Source: an uncultured delta proteobacterium (lineage in GTDB: Bacteria; Myxococcota; Myxococcia; Myxococcales; Myxococcaceae). From it: a stretch of DNA of 64,000 bases. The notes below the pieces were generated by a model. It was not told where the DNA came from and did no database searches. It saw only the letters and a list, made by a program, of their open reading frames with translations. Shown one piece after another: positions 54,288 through 62,745 of this stretch. Positions within the stretch are counted from its first letter, which is position 1, and every line of letters begins with the position of its first letter. Made by a program: the position numbers and the translations under genes. Where the stretch lies: positions 416,001 to 480,000 of the forward strand of contig CAWCKH010000003.1 of NCBI GenBank assembly GCA_963796055.1. Direction: 5' to 3'.

Positions 54288-56788
54288 CCGACGACGAAGT
54301 TGATCAGCCGCTTGGGGACGAAGACCACCTTGCGCAGCGCCTTGCCGGCCAGCGCCGCGCGGACCTTCTCCTCGCTCTCGGCGGCCGCCCGGACCTCGCT
54401 CTCGCCGGCGTCGGCGGCGATGCGGATCTCCCCGCGGAGCTTCCCGTTCACCTGGACGGCGTAGGGCAGCACCTCGTCGACGACGAGCGCCGGATCGAAG
54501 CTGGGCCAGCCCTGCGTGACCGTGGAGAGGCTGCCCGCGGGCCCGTAGACCTCGGCCACCGCGTCCGCGAGGTGGGGCGCGAACGGAGTCAGCAGCCGGG
54601 TGAGGAGCCGGACAGCCTCCCCCATCGCCGCCTTCTCCGCCGGGGTCTCCGGCCGCCCGGCCTCGTAGAGCGCGTTGACGAACTCCATGATGAAGGCGAT
54701 GGCGGTGTTGAAGGAGAGCCGCTCGATGGCCTCCCCCACCCGCTTCACGGCCTTGTGGGCGGCCCGGCGGATCTCCAGCGCCTTCCCCTCGAACGGGCCG
54801 TCGTACGTCGCCGTGGCGGCCACGTCCTGGTGGGCGGCGGCGAGCGCCCACAACCGGTTGAGGAACCGGTGGGCGCCCTGCATCTGCTTGTCGCTCCAGT
54901 CGAAGTCCTGCTCCGGCGGACCGGCGAAGAGCACGTAGGTGCGGACGGTGTCCGCGCCGTACTTCTCGACGAGGGTGGTCGGGGCGACGACGTTCCCCCA
55001 GCGCTTGGACATCTTTCGCCCGTCCGGGCCGTTGACGATGCCCTGGGTGACCAGCCGGGTCACCGGCTCGTCGGTCGGGACGAGCCCGAAAATCTTCATC
55101 CATCGGCTCCAGAACCGGAAATAGAGCAGGTGCATGACGGCGTGCTCGGGACCGCCGACGTAGATGTCCACCGGGAGCCAGCGCCGTGCCAGCGCCGGGT
55201 CGAACGGCGCCCGGTCGAAGTGCGGCGAGAGGTAGCGCGCCTGGTACCAGCTCGAGTCCACGAAGTTGTCCATCGTCTCCACCTCGCGGCGCGCGGGGCC
55301 GCCGCACCGGGGGCAGGTGGTCTCCACGAAGGACTTCACCTTGGCCAGCGGCGGCTCACCCTTCCCGGTGAGCACCGCCTGGGTATCGATGTCCGGCAGC
55401 CGCACCGGGAGCTGCTCGTCCGGCAAGGGGATGCCCTTCCGCTCCGGGTCGCACCGCTCGCAGTAGACGATGGGGATGGGGGTGGCCCAGTACCGCTGGC
55501 GGCTGAACCCCCAATCTTTTTGCCGGTAAGTCACGGTGGGCTTTCCCAGTCCGCGCTGCTCGAGCGCCTGGCCCATCCGCCGGCGCGCCTCCTCGGAGGG
55601 GAGCCCCGTGTACTCGCCCGAGTCGACGAGGATGCCGTCGTCGTTGAATGACCCGGTCCAGCTCTCGACCGGGCCGAGGTCTCGCCCGTCGGCCGGCCGG
55701 ATCACCTGCTTGATGGCGAGCCCGTACGCCCGGGCGAAGGCGAAGTCGCGCGTGTCGTGGGCCGGGACGGCCATGAGCGCGCCGGTGCCGTAGTCGCTGA
55801 GGACGAAGTTGGCGACCCAGATGGGCACGGGCTGGCCGGAGAAGGGATTCGTGGCGTGGGCGCCGGTGAAGACGCCCTCCTTCGGGGCACCCTCGGCGGT
55901 GCGCTCGATCTTGCCCATCGCCGCCATCCGGGCGGCGAAGGCCTCCACCTCGGCTTTCCGGCTGGGGGCGGTGAGGCTCGGGACCATCGGGTGGTCGGGG
56001 GCGAGCACCAGTGCCGTGGCGCCGTACACGGTGTCGATGCGGGTGGTGAAGACGCGGATGGGGCGGCCGTCCGCGGTCTGGAAGTCCGCCTCGGCGCCCA
56101 CGCTCTTGCCGATCCAGTTCCGCTGCGCGGAGGTGATGCGCTCGGGCCAGGCGGTGAGCGTGTCCAGCGCCTGGAGGAGGTCCTCGCTGTTCCGGGTGAT
56201 GCGGAACGCCCACTCGGGCATCTGGCGGTCCACCACCGGCGAGTCACAGCGCTCGCAGCGGCCGTCCTTCACCTGCTCGTTGGCGATGACGGTGAGGCAG
56301 CCGGTGCACCAGTTCACCTTGCTGAACCGGCGGTACACCATGTCCCGCTCCCAGAGCCGGAGGAAGAACCACTGGTTCCACCGGTAGTACTCGGGATCGC
56401 TGGTGTTGACCTCGCGGCTCCAGTCGTAGGCGAAGCCGAGCGACTTCATGGCTGCGCGGAAGCGGTCGATGTTCTCCCGGGTGCGCACCGCCGGGTGGAC
56501 GCCGTCCTTGATCGCAGCGTTCTCGGCCGGAAGCCCGAAGGCGTCCCATCCCATCGGGTGCAGGACGTCGAAGCCGCGCATCCGGTAGTAGCGGGCGTAG
56601 ACGTCGCCGATCAGGTAGTTGCGGACGTGCCCCATGTGCATCGAGCCGCTGGGGTACGGCAGCATCTCCAGCACGTACTTCTTCGGCGCGTCGGGACGGG
56701 CGTCGGCGCGGAACAGGCCGGCCTTTTCCCAGCGCTCCTGCCAGGTGGGCTCGATGGACTTCGGGTCGTACCGCTCGCTGAGCTTCAT
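54284..56788 (-). CDS. leuS: Leucyl-tRNA synthetase
   Basis: MLPYPSGSMHMGH (HIGH-like), FTTRIDT, KMSKRWGN and VQVNGKLRG motifs. Confidence 0.98.
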   Translation of the reverse strand: MKLSERYDPKSIEPTWQERWEKAGLFRADARPDAPKKYVLEMLPYPSGSMHMGHVRNYLIGDVYARYYRMRGFDVLHPMGWDAFGLPAENAAIKDGVHPAVRTRENIDRFRAAMKSLGFAYDWSREVNTSDPEYYRWNQWFFLRLWERDMVYRRFSKVNWCTGCLTVIANEQVKDGRCERCDSPVVDRQMPEWAFRITRNSEDLLQALDTLTAWPERITSAQRNWIGKSVGAEADFQTADGRPIRVFTTRIDTVYGATALVLAPDHPMVPSLTAPSRKAEVEAFAARMAAMGKIERTAEGAPKEGVFTGAHATNPFSGQPVPIWVANFVLSDYGTGALMAVPAHDTRDFAFARAYGLAIKQVIRPADGRDLGPVESWTGSFNDDGILVDSGEYTGLPSEEARRRMGQALEQRGLGKPTVTYRQKDWGFSRQRYWATPIPIVYCERCDPERKGIPLPDEQLPVRLPDIDTQAVLTGKGEPPLAKVKSFVETTCPRCGGPARREVETMDNFVDSSWYQARYLSPHFDRAPFDPALARRWLPVDIYVGGPEHAVMHLLYFRFWSRWMKIFGLVPTDEPVTRLVTQGIVNGPDGRKMSKRWGNVVAPTTLVEKYGADTVRTYVLFAGPPEQDFDWSDKQMQGAHRFLNRLWALAAAHQDVAATATYDGPFEGKALEIRRAAHKAVKRVGEAIERLSFNTAIAFIMEFVNALYEAGRPETPAEKAAMGEAVRLLTRLLTPFAPHLADAVAEVYGPAGSLSTVTQGWPSFDPALVVDEVLPYAVQVNGKLRGEIRIAADAGESEVRAAAESEEKVRAALAGKALRKVVFVPKRLINFVVG

Positions 56789-56868
56789 GGGGTGATCCGA
56801 CGGTCCTACCCGGCACGCCCCCCGGGGTGCAACGTTTCGCCCCTGCTCGGTGGTAGAGAGCCCCTCCC

Positions 56869-58173
56869 ATGGCAACCCCCGTCGTCACCATCCGGGACAT
56901 CGCCGCGTACGAGAACCAGGAGATCGAGCTGCGCGGCTGGCTCTACAACAAGCGGAGCAGCGGCAAGCTCCACTTTCTTCAAGTCCGGGACGGCACCGGG
57001 GTCATCCAGGCGGTGGTCTTCAAGAACGACGTGCCCCCCGAGCAGTTCACCCGGGCCGACCACCTGGGCCAGGAGACGGCGCTCATCGTCCGGGGGCTGG
57101 TGCGAAAGGATGCCCGGAGCCCCATCGGGTACGAGCTCTCGGTGAAGCACCTGGAAGTCGTCTCCGAGGCCAAGGACTACCCCATCACCCCCAAGGAGCA
57201 CGGGGTGGCCTACCTCATGGAGCACCGCCACCTGTGGCTCCGGTCGGTCCGGCAGAACGTCATCCTCCGGGTCCGGGCGACGGTGGAGAAGGCCATCCGG
57301 GACTACTTCGACGGCAACGGCTTCACCTTGGTGGACGCGCCCATCTTCACCCCCGCGGCCTGCGAAGGGACGAGCACGCTCTTCACCGTCCCCTACTTCG
57401 ACCTCGGCAACGCCTACCTGACCCAGTCGGGCCAGCTGTACATGGAGGCTGCGGCGGCGGCGCTGGGGAAGGTCTACTGCTTCGGCCCCACCTTCCGGGC
57501 GGAGAAGAGCAAGACCCGGCGGCACCTGACCGAGTTCTGGATGGTGGAGCCCGAGGTCGCGTACATGACCCTGGAGGAGGACATGGTCCTCGCCGAGGAA
57601 CTGGTCTCGTTCATCGTCAGCCGGGTGCTGGAGAAGCACGAGAAGGAGCTGGTCAGCGTCCTGGAGCGGGACGTGAGCAAGCTGAAGAACGTCCAGGCAC
57701 CCTTCCCCCGCATCACCTACGAGGAGGCCATCGACCGGCTCCGGGCCGCCGGGCATCCCGCGAAGTTCGGCGACGACTTCGGCGGAGACGAGGAGACGGT
57801 CCTGGCGAGTCAATTCGACCGGCCTTTGATCGTCCACCGCTACCCGGTCGAGCTGAAGGCCTTCTACTTCAAGCACGACGCGAACGACCCGCGCCTGGCG
57901 CTCGGCATGGACGTGCTCGCGCCCGAGGGGTACGGGGAGATCATCGGCGGCGGGCAGCGCGAGGATGATCTCGAGGCGCTCGAGCGGCGCATCGCCGAGC
58001 ACCACCTCCCGCGGGAGGCGTTCACCTGGTACCTGGACCTCCGGAAGTACGGAACGGTGCCGCACGCGGGCTTCGGCCTCGGGGTGGAGCGCACGGTGGC
58101 CTGGGTCTGCGGGCTCCACCACGTCCGGGAGACGATCCCCTTCGCCCGGATGATGGAGCGGATCACCCCCTAG
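56869..58173 (+). CDS. asnS: Asparaginyl-tRNA synthetase
   Basis: [44 protein letters not shown] and [11 protein letters not shown] motifs. Confidence 0.96.
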   Translation: MATPVVTIRDIAAYENQEIELRGWLYNKRSSGKLHFLQVRDGTGVIQAVVFKNDVPPEQFTRADHLGQETALIVRGLVRKDARSPIGYELSVKHLEVVSEAKDYPITPKEHGVAYLMEHRHLWLRSVRQNVILRVRATVEKAIRDYFDGNGFTLVDAPIFTPAACEGTSTLFTVPYFDLGNAYLTQSGQLYMEAAAAALGKVYCFGPTFRAEKSKTRRHLTEFWMVEPEVAYMTLEEDMVLAEELVSFIVSRVLEKHEKELVSVLERDVSKLKNVQAPFPRITYEEAIDRLRAAGHPAKFGDDFGGDEETVLASQFDRPLIVHRYPVELKAFYFKHDANDPRLALGMDVLAPEGYGEIIGGGQREDDLEALERRIAEHHLPREAFTWYLDLRKYGTVPHAGFGLGVERTVAWVCGLHHVRETIPFARMMERITP

Positions 58174-58180
58174 CTGGCCG

Positions 58181-59722
58181 TCACTCGAATCGGAGATCGT
58201 CCATCGGCACGGGCACCGCGTTCCAGCCCGTGTTGCAGCGGCCGCCCGGGTTGGCGTACGCGAAGTCGAACACCGGCTGGTGCGTGGAATCGAGCCCGAT
58301 GATGCGGGTGGTGGTACCACCGTCCGAGACAGCGTAGTCGACCAGCACCGACTGATCCTTGCCCTCATAGGCGCTCGAGCACACCCGCGAGTAGAGTCCG
58401 TTGTCGAACTGCCAGACGATGCGCGCGGTCATCGTTCCCGGATCGATCGCGTAGGCGGAGACGAAGCTGCGGTCACGGTTCTCGCCCTTCGGCCCGCCGT
58501 CGGGCACGTGCTGGCTGTTGAAGCCGTCGTCGAATAACAGCAACAGCCCGTCGGAGGTGATGGAGGTCGAGTGCTGGCCGATGGGGTACGGCCCGCCGTC
58601 AGGCACGTGGAGCGCTTTGGCACGCAGCGACGGGTACTTGCCCCAGAGCTTCGTGGGGTCACCGAGGATCCAGCGGACGTCGCCGCTCCCGTAGCCGACC
58701 TTGATCAGGAACTGCTCCCGGCTGGAGACGATGACCGAATCGTCACTCGGGTCGTAGGTGGCGGCGTTCAAGTGGAACCAGTCGTCGTCCGGACGCACCA
58801 GCTGGCTCGGGTCGTCGCCCCGGCTGGTCATGTAGTCGCCGAGGATCTGCACCATGTCCCAGGTCTTGATGAGCGTGCCATCGGGAGCCATCTCCGCCAG
58901 GAGCGACCCCCCGCCGCTGGTGTTGTCGACCTCGACGAGCAGTCCCTGCTTGCCGGGATCGATGTTGTGATGGAACGCCGTGACCGTGGGGTCCGCAACG
59001 GAGCCGGCCCGGAGGGTTCCGTCGAGCTCCACCCTCTGGAACGTGGGGTGCTTGGTGTCTCCGACCACGAACCCGTTGTCGGTGAAGATGACCGACATCG
59101 AGGGTGCGTTCGTCCCGACCCAGCGAATGACCGCGTCGGTGTCGATGATGACGACCGGCGCGATGTACGACTTCATGGCGAAGAAGTCGATCCCCAGCGT
59201 GCTCCCCGCTGGACGCGCCTTGAGGATGGTGGGGTGGTCGTAGATCCCGGTCGAATCCATGTAAGGAGCCGTGGAGATCTCCAGCGGCAAGCGCTGGGTC
59301 GCCCCGTCCCGGAAGGTCAGCTCCACGGAGCCGGTGTTGTCGTACCCGGCGTAGAGGCCGAAGACGGGCACCGTCACCCCGGCGTCAACGACGTAGCCGC
59401 GGGCCTGCAGGGCCCCGATGCTGTAGCTGGCGGACACCGGCTTCGAGGCCGATCCCGGCTTGGGATCGACGGTGAACGCAAGGTCGGTCACGTCGGGGAG
59501 CGAGGTCCCTCCGAGCGTGACCAGAGCGATGAACGGCGTCCGGCCGGCATCCTGGCCGAGAATCGCCACGTCGCGTGGAGCCCCAGCGTCCGGCGCGCCG
59601 CCGTCGCCGCTCACCGAAGCATCCGCCGTGGAGCCCGTCGGGGGACCGCTCGCCTTGTCGTCGCCGCATGCGGCGAGCAGCCCGAAGCACACCGCCACGA
59701 CCAGACCATTCGCCACCCGCAT
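58181..59722 (-). CDS. Aryl-sulfate sulfotransferase (ASST)-family lipoprotein
   Basis: Lipobox LAAC, VPVFGLYA, FHH, DWFHLNA...IVSSR, WILG, GQH and LLLFDDG motifs. Confidence 0.85.
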   Translation of the reverse strand: MRVANGLVVAVCFGLLAACGDDKASGPPTGSTADASVSGDGGAPDAGAPRDVAILGQDAGRTPFIALVTLGGTSLPDVTDLAFTVDPKPGSASKPVSASYSIGALQARGYVVDAGVTVPVFGLYAGYDNTGSVELTFRDGATQRLPLEISTAPYMDSTGIYDHPTILKARPAGSTLGIDFFAMKSYIAPVVIIDTDAVIRWVGTNAPSMSVIFTDNGFVVGDTKHPTFQRVELDGTLRAGSVADPTVTAFHHNIDPGKQGLLVEVDNTSGGGSLLAEMAPDGTLIKTWDMVQILGDYMTSRGDDPSQLVRPDDDWFHLNAATYDPSDDSVIVSSREQFLIKVGYGSGDVRWILGDPTKLWGKYPSLRAKALHVPDGGPYPIGQHSTSITSDGLLLLFDDGFNSQHVPDGGPKGENRDRSFVSAYAIDPGTMTARIVWQFDNGLYSRVCSSAYEGKDQSVLVDYAVSDGGTTTRIIGLDSTHQPVFDFAYANPGGRCNTGWNAVPVPMDDLRFE

Positions 59723-60137
59723 CCCCGCCGCCCTCCGATGCTCCGGCCGGCCAGCCTGCCGGATGGCGGCAAGTTAGGTGCGGGCCTCCAGCCGACCGCT
59801 TCGGCGCGAGCGCGGTGTCATCTTTCAAACCGGATTGCGCCTGGCTCTTCCTCGGGGGGCGAGGGAGCTAGCACGGGGTGGGGGGCGCGAGGGTCAGGGT
59901 GAGGTGTACCGCCCGGTCACCGGGACACGGCCACGCAGGTCACGACCCACCTCGGTCCGGAGAACGGGCTCGGGGCCCAGGGCCACACGACGAGGACGAC
60001 CGCGACCACGGTTACTGCTGCAATCGCCCGGGTGCTGCCCTGCCAGCGCAGGTCCGCGAGTCTGCCACGCTCCTGGCATCGCGGGGCTTGCACCCAGGGC
60101 AACTCGGGATGCTGATCCGGAAGGCGCGGGAGGTGTC

Positions 60138-61295
60138 ATGAACCACTCCTGGCTGTCCGCTGCTCTGGCCGTGCTGCTTCCCTTGTCCGGGGTCGCGGCG
60201 GAGCCGGGCTACCTCCGCCTGAAGCGCACGGAGATCATCGACCGGCACGGGTTCGAGAAGCCGATGCCGGCGTTCTCTGTGCTCATCCCCTCCGACTGGA
60301 AGTTCGACGGCGAGGTCCGCTACGCGCAGCGGGTCGGGAACCCGGAGGATCTGGCGCGGCTCGCGTTCCGCGCGACGAGCCCGGACGGGCGCCTGGCGGT
60401 CGAGATGTTCCCGGGCTGGAGCTGGACCTGGGCCGACGACCCCACGATACGTCGGGCGATGCAGAGCCAGAACGCCATGACCGCCCAGATGGGGGGCGCA
60501 CGCGCCGAGATCGGCCCTCCGATGAGCGCGCGCGACTTCCTCACCCGGGTCGCCGTGCCCCGGTTCCGGCCCGGGGCGAAGGTGCTGGGGATCGAGCCCA
60601 TCCCCGACCTCGACCAGGCGCTCCAGGCCCAGGTCAAGCAGGCGCAGACGATGGCGGCACAGGCCGGCGTCCAGATGCGGCTCAAGGCGGACCAGGCCCG
60701 GGCGCGCATCCAGCTCACCTCCGGGAAAGGCCCGGCCGAGGAGTGGATCACCGCGGTGGTGTACGTCCGGGCGACGGCGATGCCCTCGATGAATCCCGCC
60801 ACCGGCCAGATGGTGCAGTCGGCGATGTACCAGTCGAGCGCCGAGTCGCTGTTCGGGCTCCGCGCCCCTCCCGGCGAGCTCCCCGCGCACGAGAAGCTGT
60901 TCCACGCCGTGGTCTCGACGGCCCGGGTCGACCCCGTCTGGCAGGCTCGCGTCACGCAGGTCCAGCTCAACATGCAGGCCGCGAACATCCAGGGGGCCCG
61001 CGACCGCTCGCGGATCATCGCCCAGTCGGCCGAGGACACCCGGCGGACCATCAAGGAGGGCTACGAGGCCCGGCAAAAGTCCGAGGACCGGAACGCCGAG
61101 CGATGGAGCGACGCGATGCGCGGCTTGCAGACCTACCGGAACCCGAGCACCGGCGAGGACGTCAAGCTCGACAACTCCTATGCCCACGCCTGGGCCAGCG
61201 GAAACGGCGAGTACGTCCTCAGCAACGCGCCCGGGTTCAACCCGGGGCAAGTGCTCCAGGGGAACTGGACGGAGCTCCAGCCGATCCGGCGCTGA
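60138..61295 (+). CDS. Secreted hypothetical protein
   Basis: GGAGG-preceded ATG 60138, a signal peptide and GC3-rich codon usage. A Gln-rich helical segment precedes the C-terminus NPSTGEDVKLDNSYAHAW...PGFNP. Confidence 0.8.
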   Translation: MNHSWLSAALAVLLPLSGVAAEPGYLRLKRTEIIDRHGFEKPMPAFSVLIPSDWKFDGEVRYAQRVGNPEDLARLAFRATSPDGRLAVEMFPGWSWTWADDPTIRRAMQSQNAMTAQMGGARAEIGPPMSARDFLTRVAVPRFRPGAKVLGIEPIPDLDQALQAQVKQAQTMAAQAGVQMRLKADQARARIQLTSGKGPAEEWITAVVYVRATAMPSMNPATGQMVQSAMYQSSAESLFGLRAPPGELPAHEKLFHAVVSTARVDPVWQARVTQVQLNMQAANIQGARDRSRIIAQSAEDTRRTIKEGYEARQKSEDRNAERWSDAMRGLQTYRNPSTGEDVKLDNSYAHAWASGNGEYVLSNAPGFNPGQVLQGNWTELQPIRR

Positions 61296-61307
61296 CCGGG
61301 CCGTGGG

Positions 61308-61337
61308 TTGACACCGGCCAATCCGCCCCGTTATTGC
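61308..61337 (+). promoter_or_regulatory. Sigma70-type promoter for the Thr leader and thrS
   Basis: Perfect TTGACA (61308-61313) - N18 - TATTGC (61332-61337), 8 nt before the leader GTG. Confidence 0.6.
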
Positions 61338-61345
61338 TTCCCTCC

Positions 61346-61423
61346 GTGAGGAATCTCGTCACCACCACCACGACCACCACCCGCGAGGCGGGTCGGAGCG
61401 TCGTGTGTGCGTCGGTGGCCTGA
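61346..61423 (+). CDS. Threonine-rich leader peptide (25 aa) MRNLVTTTTTTTREAGRSVVCASVA
   Basis: GTG AGG AAT CTC GTC ACC ACC ACC ACG ACC ACC ACC ... TGA: seven tandem Thr codons, ending 110 nt upstream of a thrS start. Confidence 0.85.
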   Translation: MRNLVTTTTTTTREAGRSVVCASVA

Positions 61424-61488
61424 CCTCGAGCACGCCGTCCCCGTCCCGCCCGTGGTTCCGGCGGGGCGCCCTGCTCGAGGCCTTCTTC
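61424..61488 (+). terminator. Candidate attenuator hairpin
   Basis: CCTCGAGCA (61424-61432) pairs with TGCTCGAGG (61472-61480), with an inner CCCGCC/GGCGGG stem (61445-61450/61460-61465), followed by CCTTCTTC. The U-tract is weak. Confidence 0.55.
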
Positions 61489-61533
61489 ACCGTCCTGCCG
61501 GTCACCCGGGCCTCACCACACCGGAGCTCGACC

Positions 61534-62733
61534 ATGCTGCACGACGATGATCACCGCGCCCTCGGCCACCGCCTGAGGCTGTTCCACATGCAGGAGGAGG
61601 CGGCGGGGAGCGTGTTCTGGCACCCCCGGGGCCTGCAGCTCCTCCGCGCGCTCGAGGACCACCTAAGGCGCCTCGTCCTCCGCCAGGGGTACCGCGAGGT
61701 GCGAAGTCCTCAAGTATTGGCCCAGTCCATCTGGGAGCGCAGCGGTCACTGGAGCGTCTTCCGCCAGGGGATGCTGGTGGTGGAGGGCGAGGCTCGCGCG
61801 CTGAAACCGGTCAGCTGCCCCGGCCACATGGAGCTGGTGCGCCGGATGGCGCCGCGGTGGAACGAGCTGCCGCTTCGAATCGCCGAGTTCGGGCTCGTCC
61901 ACCGCGACGAGCCGTCGGGGGCGCTGCACGGCCTGTTCCGGCTGCGCCAGTTCTCGCAGGACGACGGCCACGTCTTCTGCCGCGAGGACCAGGTCGCCGA
62001 CGAGCTGGTCCTCTTCGTGCGGAGCCTGCGCGCGCTCTACTCGGCGCTCGGCTTCGACGGCTTCCAGATCCTGTTCTCCGGCCGCCCTCCGAACCGGCTG
62101 GGCGACGAGGCGGTGTGGGACCGGGCCGAGGCGCTCCTCGCGCAGGCGGCGCGCGCGGCCGGGCTCGCGTGGAGCTCGCAGCCCGGAGAAGGCGCCTTCT
62201 ACGGCCCCAAGCTCGAGTTCGTCCTCCAAGACCGGCTGGGGCGTGCCTGGCAGTGCGGGACGATCCAGGTGGACCTGGTCCTGCCCGAACGGTTCGCGCT
62301 GGCGTTCCCCGACGGAGCCGGCGGTCGGCATCGACCGGTCGTCCTCCACCGAGCAGTCCTCGGCAGCCTCGAGCGCTTCCTCGGCATCCTCCTCGAGCAC
62401 CACCGCGGCAGGCTCCCGGCCTGGCTCGCACCGGAGCAGGCGGTGGTCGCCAGCCTCGAGGGTGGCGTTGCCCACGCCCGGAATGCGTGCCGCGTTCTGG
62501 AGCAGGCCGGGCTGCGCGTCCGGCTCGACGTGCGCGACGAGGCGCTCTCGAAGAAGGTCGCGGATGCGCACCGTCTCGCCATCCCCTACCTGCTCGCCGC
62601 GGGGCCACGCGACGAGGCCAGGGCATCGGTGCGCGTCCGCGATCCCGCGGGTCGGCAGCGCGACGTCCCTCTCGACGCGCTCGGCCCGGAGCTCGTCCGG
62701 GCCTGCGCCCCTCCCCCGCTCGAGCTGGAGTGA
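61534..62733 (+). CDS. thrS: Threonyl-tRNA synthetase, short form (399 aa; catalytic and anticodon-binding domains only, no TGS/editing domain)
   Basis: GGAG-preceded ATG, then DHRALG, WERSGHW, KPVSCPGH, HRDEPSGALHGLFRLRQFSQDDGH, GEGAFYGPK, WQCGTIQVD, HRAVLGSLERF and WLAPEQ. Confidence 0.95.
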   Translation: MLHDDDHRALGHRLRLFHMQEEAAGSVFWHPRGLQLLRALEDHLRRLVLRQGYREVRSPQVLAQSIWERSGHWSVFRQGMLVVEGEARALKPVSCPGHMELVRRMAPRWNELPLRIAEFGLVHRDEPSGALHGLFRLRQFSQDDGHVFCREDQVADELVLFVRSLRALYSALGFDGFQILFSGRPPNRLGDEAVWDRAEALLAQAARAAGLAWSSQPGEGAFYGPKLEFVLQDRLGRAWQCGTIQVDLVLPERFALAFPDGAGGRHRPVVLHRAVLGSLERFLGILLEHHRGRLPAWLAPEQAVVASLEGGVAHARNACRVLEQAGLRVRLDVRDEALSKKVADAHRLAIPYLLAAGPRDEARASVRVRDPAGRQRDVPLDALGPELVRACAPPPLELE

Positions 62734-62745
62734 GCGGGCATGGGG

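Noticed and set aside
59723..60137. Small minus-strand hydrophobic ORF (59917..60102) or the N-terminal extension of ORF 59778
   Set aside because: No RBS or coding-like codon pattern. The real gene most likely starts at 60138 after GGAGG.
61358..61381. (ACC)n run read as a microsatellite or phase-variation tract
   Set aside because: It is interrupted by a synonymous ACG and is in frame as Thr codons upstream of thrS, so a leader peptide explains it better.
61308..61533. T-box riboswitch upstream of thrS
   Set aside because: No T-box consensus (AAnnnGGGTGGnACCGCG) or stem I motifs were found.
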